From the NCBI GenBank assembly GCA_963847605.1, contig CAWKAM010000009.1, positions 12,028-76,027 of the forward strand: 64,000 nucleotides of DNA, read 5' to 3'. The notes beneath the pieces were generated by a model. The model saw only the letters and a program-made list of their open reading frames with translations. It had not been told where the DNA came from and made no database searches. This document shows positions 20,479-29,109 of the stretch, piece after piece; position 1 is the stretch's first letter, and each line of letters starts with the position of its first letter. The position numbers were made by a program, and so were the translations under genes. Origin of the DNA: an uncultured delta proteobacterium (GTDB lineage Bacteria; Desulfobacterota; Desulfomonilia; UBA1062).

Positions 20479-20697
20479 TTAGAATTCTATTATCCTCTGC
20501 TCGAGCTCGTCCCATATATAGTATGGTGAGGTGATCCCTCCACATTGCTCGGCGCTTAAGATTTTGCCCTTGGCCTTTCTCGCATTTTCCAAGGAGATGT
20601 GCCTGGATACGACCCGGTCCCTGTGCACCGGCCCGCAGCCGGTTGCATTCAATATCTTGACCTTGTACCGGTATCTGTACATCTTATGAGCGTCCAT
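20479..20697 (-). CDS. Small hypothetical protein (72 aa) between the radical SAM gene and the flavoprotein gene
   Basis: GGAGG lies 6 nt upstream of ATG 'MDAHKMYRYRYKVKIL...'. Basic, with two Cys-Gly motifs. Confidence 0.4.
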   Translation of the reverse strand: MDAHKMYRYRYKVKILNATGCGPVHRDRVVSRHISLENARKAKGKILSAEQCGGITSPYYIWDELEQRIIEF

Positions 20698-20800
20698 AAG
20701 ACCTCCTGATTTACCAGGCGCTTTACAAACAGATAATAGGCAGCAGGGCCGGAGGCAATGGGTGACTTCTTGAATATTTAGATTACCAATGCCAAGATCT

Positions 20801-22111
20801 TCACTTTCTGAACGTCCTCCAGAGAGGGCCCCTTCGATAAAGGAAATGAAGGATCTTGAATCCAAAAGTAGAGCCCCAATCCCTTTTCCCCGGGAAGAAC
20901 CAGTTTCTCCTGTGTGCAGTCGCTTCGTGCACACAATCCAACAATGCAGACGGCCCCATATGCGGAAAATAGAATCGCGGCTCAAGGAGAGATTCCTCCT
21001 CGGCAAGGACGTCTTCTTCAATGGCAATACGCTCCATCTCCGTGCCTGGGTATATGCGAATACCTGTCATGGCAACCACTGCCCTAGGCGAGATCTCATC
21101 CATGAGGCCGACTGTTTCATGGATCGTATCTCTTGTTTCTCCGGGTCCGCCAAGGATGAGGGAGTGACAGAAATCTATTCCCGCCTCTTCGCATGCCCGG
21201 GATGCTCTTATGATGTCATCAATACCAAAAGGCTTTTTATAAGAAGCAAGCATTGCAGGGGAACCCGAGTCTGTACCGAAATCAACAGCCACAAATCCTG
21301 CCTTCCTCAGGAGATGGAAGATTGCAGGTTCCGAGGTCTTTGGCTGGAGATAACAGGAGATGCGCACCGGAATGTTAAGCGCTTCGATCTTTTCCGCAAG
21401 CCGAACCATGTGTTCCTCATCAGCATTGAACAATGAGTCCACGAGAAAAAAGTCTCTGAGATTGAAATCCTTGTGCAGCATGGCGATCTCTCCGGCAACG
21501 ACCTCCGGGCATCGTGTCCTTACTGTCCTTCCCTCAAGACATGGATACGTGCAGTAGATGCAATGATTGGGACATCCGCGCGTAGCCTGGATTCCTACGG
21601 CTCGATATCTGCGGAAACATGGGAACAGTTCACAGATGTTTATGGGAAATGCGACATCTTCGAATGCAGCGCGATGTAATGAAGGTATCTTTCCATGCTC
21701 AGGATTACGGAATACATCAAGGGCCCCTTCTCCATCACCCCTCACCCCTCCATCCGCTCCCAGGTATGCAGTGATCTCTCCAGGGAATAAAGAGAATGCC
21801 GAACCTCCCAGGATGATCGGCGCATAACAGAAAGCCCGCACCGACTTCACGAGGGATGCGTATGCCGGCAGATAAAAGCGGGTGGCGGGATATGCGGCGT
21901 TATCGACATTTCGTAAAGAAATCCCTATGCGGTCAGGATGAAAGGTTGCCAGCTCCTTCTTCAGCGACGCGCCGGAATTGTTGTGCCGTATGTCGAATAT
22001 CCTCACCTGGGCACCCGCCCGCTGCAGGGCATCAGCGACATAGACTGCTCCGATGGGGAACACTGGTTCAGGGAAGGGTTCTGTGTTTGCAGAGATCAGG
22101 AGAATGCGCAT
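20801..22111 (-). CDS. B12-binding domain radical SAM protein
   Basis: N-terminal cobalamin-binding-like domain 'MRILLISANTEPF...VRIFD'. Radical SAM 'CPNHCIYCTYP' (CxxxCxxC). Confidence 0.85.
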   Translation of the reverse strand: MRILLISANTEPFPEPVFPIGAVYVADALQRAGAQVRIFDIRHNNSGASLKKELATFHPDRIGISLRNVDNAAYPATRFYLPAYASLVKSVRAFCYAPIILGGSAFSLFPGEITAYLGADGGVRGDGEGALDVFRNPEHGKIPSLHRAAFEDVAFPINICELFPCFRRYRAVGIQATRGCPNHCIYCTYPCLEGRTVRTRCPEVVAGEIAMLHKDFNLRDFFLVDSLFNADEEHMVRLAEKIEALNIPVRISCYLQPKTSEPAIFHLLRKAGFVAVDFGTDSGSPAMLASYKKPFGIDDIIRASRACEEAGIDFCHSLILGGPGETRDTIHETVGLMDEISPRAVVAMTGIRIYPGTEMERIAIEEDVLAEEESLLEPRFYFPHMGPSALLDCVHEATAHRRNWFFPGKRDWGSTFGFKILHFLYRRGPLWRTFRK

Positions 22112-22153
22112 AGCAACACGCCTATAAGTTTCGGTAGGTGAATGAATGACATG

Positions 22154-23173
22154 TTAATCGAGAGGCTTGGCAATGTGAAGGACTTCCGGTGGCAGCTGCA
22201 TGCCCATGGCCTGCACGAGATTCATGTCCACCCAGACAGTGAAGTTTTGCTGCCTAACAATGGGCAGACTGCCCGGTTTCACGCCATCCTTAAGGATCTT
22301 GACCGCCTGTTGGCCGGAGAGAGTGCCGATAACCTCGAAGTCCACCCCTACATACAGGATTGCGCCGGGGATCCTGTCAATGACAAAACTGAAGGCCGGG
22401 ATCTTGTTGATCTTTGAGAACTCAATGAGCTCGCCGGCCTTCTCATGGTTACGTATCTCGTAGTAGGGGTCGGGAGGTACTACAAAGGCCTGCGCACCCT
22501 GTTTCTGAAGCTCATTAAGTGCGGGCACTATGTTATCTTTCATACCAACCTTTTTCGATATTACGGCAAAGCCCAGTGGGGGCCCTTCCTTTTTCGCCTC
22601 CTCCACATGGGTGATGCTGTTTGAATCGTCGCTATTTACGATGCCCAATGTCTTGATAGCGGGGAATGCCAGCCTCACAACCTTGAGCGCGTCTTTCATG
22701 TCCATGTGCGTGGTTACACCGGTAAAACCCGGGCCTGCCTCTGTCAAAGACTTGCAGCCTACAGCAGTGGGAAAGGCCAGCGCCGTGAACTCCAGCGGTA
22801 TACCCGCTGCAATGATCTTATCCTTGGAGTACTTTGTGACAGGGGTCCCCATGGTGAGGACCAGGTCAGGCTTCTCCTTTATGATACGCGAGGCCTCACT
22901 CTTAATCCTGAAATAGACATTGATCCTTTTCGTAAGTGTTGGGTTCTCCAGGTCGAAGTCGATGATAGTCCGCTTAACCGCAAGGTTCTTCCCCTGGATG
23001 AAGCCGCTCTTCTCCAACTCCTTGAGAAAACCGTCATATACCTCCTGGAGCTCTTCTATTGCAGTGATCTGGAGGACTTCCACCTTATAGGTCTTCTCCT
23101 GGGCGAGGCATGGGAGTGGGAGCCCGGTGATAAGGAAAAAGACACAGATGAAAGAAGTGATTGTTCTTCTCAT
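22154..23173 (-). CDS. ABC transporter substrate-binding protein (uncharacterised PF04392-like)
   Basis: Signal peptide 'FICVFFLITGLPLPCLA'. Periplasmic binding-protein-like fold. No cognate permease or ATPase adjacent. Confidence 0.55.
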   Translation of the reverse strand: MRRTITSFICVFFLITGLPLPCLAQEKTYKVEVLQITAIEELQEVYDGFLKELEKSGFIQGKNLAVKRTIIDFDLENPTLTKRINVYFRIKSEASRIIKEKPDLVLTMGTPVTKYSKDKIIAAGIPLEFTALAFPTAVGCKSLTEAGPGFTGVTTHMDMKDALKVVRLAFPAIKTLGIVNSDDSNSITHVEEAKKEGPPLGFAVISKKVGMKDNIVPALNELQKQGAQAFVVPPDPYYEIRNHEKAGELIEFSKINKIPAFSFVIDRIPGAILYVGVDFEVIGTLSGQQAVKILKDGVKPGSLPIVRQQNFTVWVDMNLVQAMGMQLPPEVLHIAKPLD

Positions 23174-23315
23174 ACGCGCTGTGTTTTTATAATATCAGCT
23201 TTGTCGCGGATTTGCATGACATATATAAAAATCCTTTAGAGTCTATTCAATCGCGAGGTGTATCTTTAGGCCGTGGCAATCTAAAAAAAGATACTAAGCT
23301 TTTTGCAATTTGGTA

Positions 23316-24593
23316 TCAGATCCCCTTCCCGCTCAAGGCTATGTCGATGAAGGCATCGATCTCGTGTTTAATGTCCTCGTGTGCAATTAACCCCTCGATA
23401 AGATGCCCCGGTATCTTGTCGTTGGCAGCCCCGAGGATGAGGCCCAGGAGCATGCCGCGGTGCACATTGTCACCGCCGGCATTTACATTGGCCAGCAGCG
23501 AGGGTTCCACTTCAAGGTTACGGCTCCAGGCGAGGTAAAGGAGCAACGGCAGGCCGTGCTCCGGATAACATGCTGTGGCAAGCAGATGAGCAATAACATC
23601 CTTGTCAGAATACTCCCGGACAAAGCGATCAATGGCAAACGGTTTATCGATGAATTCCGTATGCAGTCTCCACATTTCGTCCTTTGGAATGTTACCCGGG
23701 CCGTCATGGTCACGGTAAGCTCTAAACAATTCCTGGCCTGTTATGCGCGGTATGCGTATTGTTCGGGCATATGTGGATATTGTTTTACGCGGCTCGGCCC
23801 CTGATAATAACGCATTGAAGAGCGGGACCAGCACGCCCAGCGCACTGATTGAATTTTCTGCACGATGCGTCATATTCTGATGCTCGACGGCCAGGCCAAG
23901 GCCCTGGTAGGGGCTGTCAACGAGCGTGGAGAGCACCAGGGGCCTGATGATGCCGCCATGGGCGCTTATGGACCACACATTGCGCTGCAGCTCGGCGCAG
24001 GCATGGGGCGGCACGCCGCGTGAATAATTTTCGAACCACCGGCGGATATAGATCTCGGTATACGGGTCACGGTTCCTGCCGGGTGTGGTAAGGTGCGTGA
24101 TGAAGTCGTCTAAGAACGCATTATGGTCGTAGCGGCCTCTCCTGATCACCGAACGCATGAGCACACGCACGAGTTGTGCACCGAGGGTGTTCTCTCCGGC
24201 CTTCAGGCCGTAGTGGTAATGATAGCGGTCATCCAGCTCCGGAATGGTATTCCCGGTTACCTTTGCCTGATCGGAAAGCCGGATTTGAAGCGAGCTGTAG
24301 TTGGTCTTGTAAAAGCGGGCATGTTCGTGGAGGATATCGTACGCACGCCCAAGGCGATTGGCTGTTTCGATATCAGGGGTATAGTCCATGCCCACCATGA
24401 AGCTTTCAAGGTGAGGATTCGGCGGGTCTATATATCCCTGTACACCATTGTCAAAGACTTTTTGAATGTTCTCAAGGCTGTAGTACCAATGAGCCGGCAT
24501 GGCCAAAGCGTCTCCGATGAACATGGCCCATAGCGCATTGTGTAGCCGTCTTTTCTTGATTTCAGCCTTCTTGTGTTTTATTGGTCTCATCAA
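23316..24593 (-). CDS. ADP-ribosylglycohydrolase family protein
   Basis: N-terminal 'ALWAMFIGDALAMPAHWYY' motif, 425 aa. Confidence 0.7.
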   Translation of the reverse strand: MMRPIKHKKAEIKKRRLHNALWAMFIGDALAMPAHWYYSLENIQKVFDNGVQGYIDPPNPHLESFMVGMDYTPDIETANRLGRAYDILHEHARFYKTNYSSLQIRLSDQAKVTGNTIPELDDRYHYHYGLKAGENTLGAQLVRVLMRSVIRRGRYDHNAFLDDFITHLTTPGRNRDPYTEIYIRRWFENYSRGVPPHACAELQRNVWSISAHGGIIRPLVLSTLVDSPYQGLGLAVEHQNMTHRAENSISALGVLVPLFNALLSGAEPRKTISTYARTIRIPRITGQELFRAYRDHDGPGNIPKDEMWRLHTEFIDKPFAIDRFVREYSDKDVIAHLLATACYPEHGLPLLLYLAWSRNLEVEPSLLANVNAGGDNVHRGMLLGLILGAANDKIPGHLIEGLIAHEDIKHEIDAFIDIALSGKGI

Positions 24594-24736
24594 TCAATCC
24601 TCGATAAAGCTATAAACCGCTTTGTTTATTCGTGCGAATAATCTTCTAGTAATGCACTACTTCGAAAAAAAAAGGGGCACTATCAATAAATCTTTAAACT
24701 CGTAAGACCCCTGCGGGGATTCGCAACGACTCTTAA

Positions 24737-26299
24737 TCACTCGCCGAGTGCGGCCGGTCCCTGCCCTTCTTTGCTCTGTTTCATGAAGAGCACCAGGGGG
24801 ATAAGGATAAGGGTCATCACTGCGAGGGCATAAAAGACATCATCGAATGAGAGCATTGATGCCTGTCTGATCATATTCTCATATATGATGTCGAGCCCGC
24901 CCTGCCTTGCCGTAGATGGGTCCAAACCGCTTTGTTGCAGAAGATTGGCTCCCTGCTGGGCACGCTGGTAGTACATCGGGTCATAAGGGGTCATATGCTC
25001 CACCAAGCGCATCTGGTGGAACTGGGCCCTGCGGTTTACCATGGTAGTGACGATGGCGATGCCTATGCTGCCCCCGATATTCCTGATGAGATTATAGATG
25101 GCAGTGGCATTACCCATGTTTTCCTTGCTGATGCCGGAGACCGTCAGGGTTGTGAGCGGGATGAAGAGCATACCCATGCCCAGGCCCATGACAACCCTGG
25201 GCCACAGAACCGTCATAAAGTCTACACCCAGGGTAAAGCTGGCCATGAGGAGCGTGGAATATGCTGTGAGGAGAACTCCGGGTATGACAAAAATCTTCGG
25301 GTTGAATCGATGCAGGAACCTCCCCACGAGGGGCATGGCCACCAGGTTTGCAACGCCCCCGGGTGCAAGCACGATGCCGGACAGACTCGATGTATAACCC
25401 ATGAGGGTTTGTAGGTAGATAGGCAGCAGGACAAGCGTTCCAAAGAGGTTCACCATAAAAAAGAATATGGCCAGATTTCCGAGGCAGAAGGAATAGTTCC
25501 TAAATACCTTCAGATCAACAATGGGCCTTTCGGTGCGGCGCTCCACAACGATGAACAAGGCAAGGGAGAACACCGAGATGATCGCAAGGGCAAGCATGAG
25601 GTTGGAATTAAACCAGTCGTTCCTCTCGCCCCTGTCGAGGAGGAGTTGGAGGCACCCCACGCCGGAGGCGAGCAGGATGAGACCGAAATAGTCGATCTTC
25701 ATACGTATGCCCTTCATGTAGGGAGGGTCTACAATGAACAAGGTCGCCATGATGACGGAGACAATACCGATGGGGATATTGATGAAGAATATCCAGTGCC
25801 AGGTGAGGTTGTCGGTGATCCATCCTCCGAGAACCGGACCGATGATGGGCCCGAACGTAACGCCGATCCCGAAGATGGCCATGGCCATGCCGTATTGCTG
25901 AGGGGGGAATGACTCCAACAAAATAGCCTGGGACAGCGGCGGCATTGCCCCGCCGGTAAGACCCTGTATGACCCTGAAAATAATGAGGCTCTGAATGTTC
26001 CATGAGATCCCGCAGAGGAAAGAGCTCAGCGTAAACAGCACAATCGATAAAAGGAGGTATCGTTTCCGCCCGATGAGCCTGCTTATCCACCCTGACATGG
26101 GAATTATAACCGCATTCGCTGCAAGATACGCGGTGATGGACCAGGTCGCCTCATCGATGCCTGCAGAGAGACTTCCCCGGATATGATCCAGCGATACATT
26201 CACCACCGAGGTGTCGAGAACGACCATGAGCATGGGGAGCATCACGGTCGGGGCAACGAGCCATTTATTCGCCTGGGGCGGCGATGGCGCGGTTATCAT
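24737..26299 (-). CDS. MFS drug efflux transporter, DHA2 (EmrB/QacA-like, 14-TMS)
   Basis: 520 aa polytopic MFS motifs. Paired with an upstream HlyD-family gene. Confidence 0.85.
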   Translation of the reverse strand: MITAPSPPQANKWLVAPTVMLPMLMVVLDTSVVNVSLDHIRGSLSAGIDEATWSITAYLAANAVIIPMSGWISRLIGRKRYLLLSIVLFTLSSFLCGISWNIQSLIIFRVIQGLTGGAMPPLSQAILLESFPPQQYGMAMAIFGIGVTFGPIIGPVLGGWITDNLTWHWIFFINIPIGIVSVIMATLFIVDPPYMKGIRMKIDYFGLILLASGVGCLQLLLDRGERNDWFNSNLMLALAIISVFSLALFIVVERRTERPIVDLKVFRNYSFCLGNLAIFFFMVNLFGTLVLLPIYLQTLMGYTSSLSGIVLAPGGVANLVAMPLVGRFLHRFNPKIFVIPGVLLTAYSTLLMASFTLGVDFMTVLWPRVVMGLGMGMLFIPLTTLTVSGISKENMGNATAIYNLIRNIGGSIGIAIVTTMVNRRAQFHQMRLVEHMTPYDPMYYQRAQQGANLLQQSGLDPSTARQGGLDIIYENMIRQASMLSFDDVFYALAVMTLILIPLVLFMKQSKEGQGPAALGE

Positions 26300-26315
26300 G
26301 CATATGCTCCTGCTG

Positions 26316-27413
26316 CTACTTTCTTACTTTGATCGTGGGCTCCACCGACATGCCCACACGCAGGAGATGATCAGGATCCGTCCCTTTTTCCAGGATGATC
26401 TTCACCGGGACACGCTGCACCACCTTCACATAGTTGCCTGTGGCGTTTTCCGGAGGGAAAAGCGAGAAGACCGAGCCCGTGCCCGCCATGATGCTGTCCA
26501 CGGTCCCTGAGAAGGTCTTGCCGGGATAGGTGTCTACCTTAATATCTACCTTCTGGCCGGGCTTCACGTTTGTAAGCTGTGTCTCCTTATAATTGGCCAC
26601 AACCCATACATCAGTCAACGGAACAACCGCCATGACCGGCTGGCCCACCTGTATCTGGTTGCCGACCTCTACGTTCTTCTTGGTGATGTACCCGTCTGAA
26701 GGGGCGTATATCTTTGTATAGCTCTGCCGCAAGCTCTCGGTTGCGAGTAGCTGTTTTTTCTGTTCTACGACATATCCCTGGGACTTGAGGGCCGTATCAG
26801 ACTGCCGGACTACAAGCTTCTGCGTCTCCAGTGAGGCTAAAGCCTGCTTGATCTGCTCGCGGGCCGCATCCACCTGGGCCTTCGCTATATCATAAGCGGT
26901 TGTTGCCTTCTCGAGTGTTGCCTCGGCCAAGACCCCTTTGTTGTAGAGCTTCTGAGCACGGTTAAGGTCCTGCCTTGCCTGCTTTAGATTTGCCTCCTGT
27001 AAGGCATACGTTGCCCGGGCTGCATCGATCCTCGATTGGATCTCCGTGAGCTGCTTTTCGGCAACATCCACCCGAACCGAGAGCTCAAGGAGCTTCGATT
27101 GCTCGGACTCCATCGCAGCCTTGGCATCGCTTACCCTTACATCGTAATCCTTACTGTCAATCTCCAGAAGGAGGGCTCCATTCTTCACCAACTGGTTGTC
27201 TTCCGCATAGACCGCCTTTACCGTTCCAGCAACCTTCGGGGCTATTGAATGGATCCTACCGGTCACATAGGCATCATCCGTTGAAATGTAGTATTTGGTA
27301 TGTCTGATATAGAAATAGACACCGGTGACGATCATAACAGCAATGAGTGCAAAGACAACGAAGATCATCGATCTGTTGGAATTATTTCCGCTGCTGTTTT
27401 CCTCCTGTGCCAT
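26316..27413 (-). CDS. HlyD-family membrane fusion protein (EmrA-like)
   Basis: N-terminal TM, long coiled-coil and a beta-barrel C-terminus. Lies upstream of the MFS pump. Confidence 0.85.
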   Translation of the reverse strand: MAQEENSSGNNSNRSMIFVVFALIAVMIVTGVYFYIRHTKYYISTDDAYVTGRIHSIAPKVAGTVKAVYAEDNQLVKNGALLLEIDSKDYDVRVSDAKAAMESEQSKLLELSVRVDVAEKQLTEIQSRIDAARATYALQEANLKQARQDLNRAQKLYNKGVLAEATLEKATTAYDIAKAQVDAAREQIKQALASLETQKLVVRQSDTALKSQGYVVEQKKQLLATESLRQSYTKIYAPSDGYITKKNVEVGNQIQVGQPVMAVVPLTDVWVVANYKETQLTNVKPGQKVDIKVDTYPGKTFSGTVDSIMAGTGSVFSLFPPENATGNYVKVVQRVPVKIILEKGTDPDHLLRVGMSVEPTIKVRK

Positions 27414-27599
27414 GCACCCCTCCCCATTTGTTCATATGCAGTATGGATCTCTAAGCCGATGAATCAAGGGGTTAATAGGTTGCACATCAGGTGTCAAGTG
27501 ATAATATTGTCTGATGATCATAAGCTTCTTAATGAGGCTTGAAGCTTCAGGACACCCTCATGCTCCGGAAGTAAGCGTAATGTGCACGATACGATTTTT

Positions 27600-27615
27600 T
27601 TATGTGATATAATCA
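27600..27615 (+). promoter_or_regulatory. Putative sigma70 extended -10 element upstream of the kinase gene
   Basis: 'TATGTGATATAAT' lies inside the N-terminal extension of listed ORF 27582.., upstream of the likelier start at 27705. Confidence 0.3.
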
Positions 27616-27704
27616 ATTACCCTGTTCCCAAAAACGATATCCCCATTATAATATACGAGTGGAATGTAATTAAGTGCATGTATCCGATCTGCATTGGGAA
27701 TCGT

Positions 27705-29009
27705 ATGGAATTCAAAAACAGCGAGAAATCAAAATATCCTGTTCTTGATTATATTGAGGTGCCCAAGGACGTCCTCGGGGCATGGCAGGAGATCGTTGAC
27801 CTGATATCCGATATCTTCCATGTCCCGACAGCACTTATCATGAGGGCACATGAACGCCATATCGAGGTATTCGTTCGAAACCAGAATGCTGCGCACCCCT
27901 ATAACCCCGGTAATCAAGAGTTCTATGAAACGGGCCTGTATTGTGAATATGTCATGAGCAACAAAAAACCACTGCTCATGGCTGATGCCCTAAATGACCC
28001 GAGGTGGTGCCAAAATCCTTGGATCAAACGGGGTATGATCTCATACCTGGGTATGCCGCTTACTTGGCCTAGGGGTGAGATCTTCGGCACTATCTGCATA
28101 ATGGACACCAAGGAGAACCATTACTCCGAACAGCTCATTAAACTGCTCCAGAAGTTCTCGCGCCTTGTCATTTCGGACCTCCACGGGATCTGGGCAACCC
28201 TTGAACTCGAAAAGGCAAACGAACAGACCCGAGGGCTCAATAAGCAGATGCACCTGTTCCTGGGCATCGCAGCCCATGACCTAAAAAATTCCCTGAACGT
28301 TCTGCTTGGGTGCAGCAACATGCTCCTGGAAAAGGTAACGGCTCAGACAAAGAAAGAGCGCACATACCTTGAACTCATACACAGATCGGGTATTACCATG
28401 CAGAACCTGCTGGATGAGCTTCTGGATATTTCACGGATTGAGACTACGCGTTTTCCCTTAAGTACCCAGGAAATCGACCTGTTGGAGGTTGTAAAGGACG
28501 ATGTGCAATTTAATCAGCACCTGGCAGAGGCCAAAGGTATCCAGGTCAACCTGATAGCCCCTGCAGGACCGCTTATGGCAAGGATCGACCCTGCAAAGAT
28601 CGATCAGGTGCTCAACAACCTCATCTCTAATGCAATCAAGTTCTCTCCGAGATTCTCCACAATAACCGTTTCGGTTGATAACAGAGCCGATGAGATCGTG
28701 GTTGCCGTTCAAGACCAGGGGCCGGGGATTCCCATTGATGAGCAGTATAGCCTTTTCAGACCCTTCCAGACCACCAGCATTCATCCATCTTCGGGAGAGA
28801 CAAGCACGGGTCTCGGGCTGTATATCGCACGAAGGATCGTCGAGGAGCACGGGGGCCGGATATGGGTAGAGAGTGAAACGGGTACCGGCTCAATGTTCTG
28901 CTTCAGCCTGAAAAACATGCAGGATACAGTGAAGAAACCTGAAGCAACTTTAGACTATGATTCAGTAAAGCACCTTAAATATCAAGCTAGTAAACCAGCA
29001 GATCATTAA
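27705..29009 (+). CDS. GAF-domain sensor histidine kinase
   Basis: H-box 'LFLGIAAHDLKNSLNVL'. HATPase_c 'NAIKFS' N-box, 'DQGPGIP' G1 box and 'GTGLGL' G2 box. Confidence 0.8.
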   Translation: MEFKNSEKSKYPVLDYIEVPKDVLGAWQEIVDLISDIFHVPTALIMRAHERHIEVFVRNQNAAHPYNPGNQEFYETGLYCEYVMSNKKPLLMADALNDPRWCQNPWIKRGMISYLGMPLTWPRGEIFGTICIMDTKENHYSEQLIKLLQKFSRLVISDLHGIWATLELEKANEQTRGLNKQMHLFLGIAAHDLKNSLNVLLGCSNMLLEKVTAQTKKERTYLELIHRSGITMQNLLDELLDISRIETTRFPLSTQEIDLLEVVKDDVQFNQHLAEAKGIQVNLIAPAGPLMARIDPAKIDQVLNNLISNAIKFSPRFSTITVSVDNRADEIVVAVQDQGPGIPIDEQYSLFRPFQTTSIHPSSGETSTGLGLYIARRIVEEHGGRIWVESETGTGSMFCFSLKNMQDTVKKPEATLDYDSVKHLKYQASKPADH

Positions 29010-29109
29010 GGGTGTTATACCGGGACTTGCCAGGGGCAGGGGATATCCTTCATATGCCGGGACGGATCCTTGTTGAGCACTTTAAATAACAGACAAGACG
29101 TGCAATGAG

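Noticed and set aside
19893-20534. 213-aa plus-strand ORF opposite the iron-sulfur flavoprotein
   Set aside because: Antisense to a gene with clear flavodoxin-like and Cys-cluster motifs. No motif of its own.
20698-21027. Upstream part of listed ORF 20479..21027
   Set aside because: It overlaps the radical SAM gene in another frame. Only the distal 72 codons with their own GGAGG RBS are plausible.
20789-21436. 215-aa plus-strand ORF opposite the radical SAM gene
   Set aside because: Antisense to the CxxxCxxC-containing gene. Low-complexity translation.
22530-23239. Two plus-strand ORFs (128 and 177 aa) opposite the substrate-binding protein gene
   Set aside because: Antisense to the better-supported minus-strand gene, which has a signal peptide.
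27582-27704. N-terminal extension of the histidine kinase ORF
   Set aside because: Contains a promoter-like TATGTGATATAAT and no RBS. The start is more likely at the internal Met.
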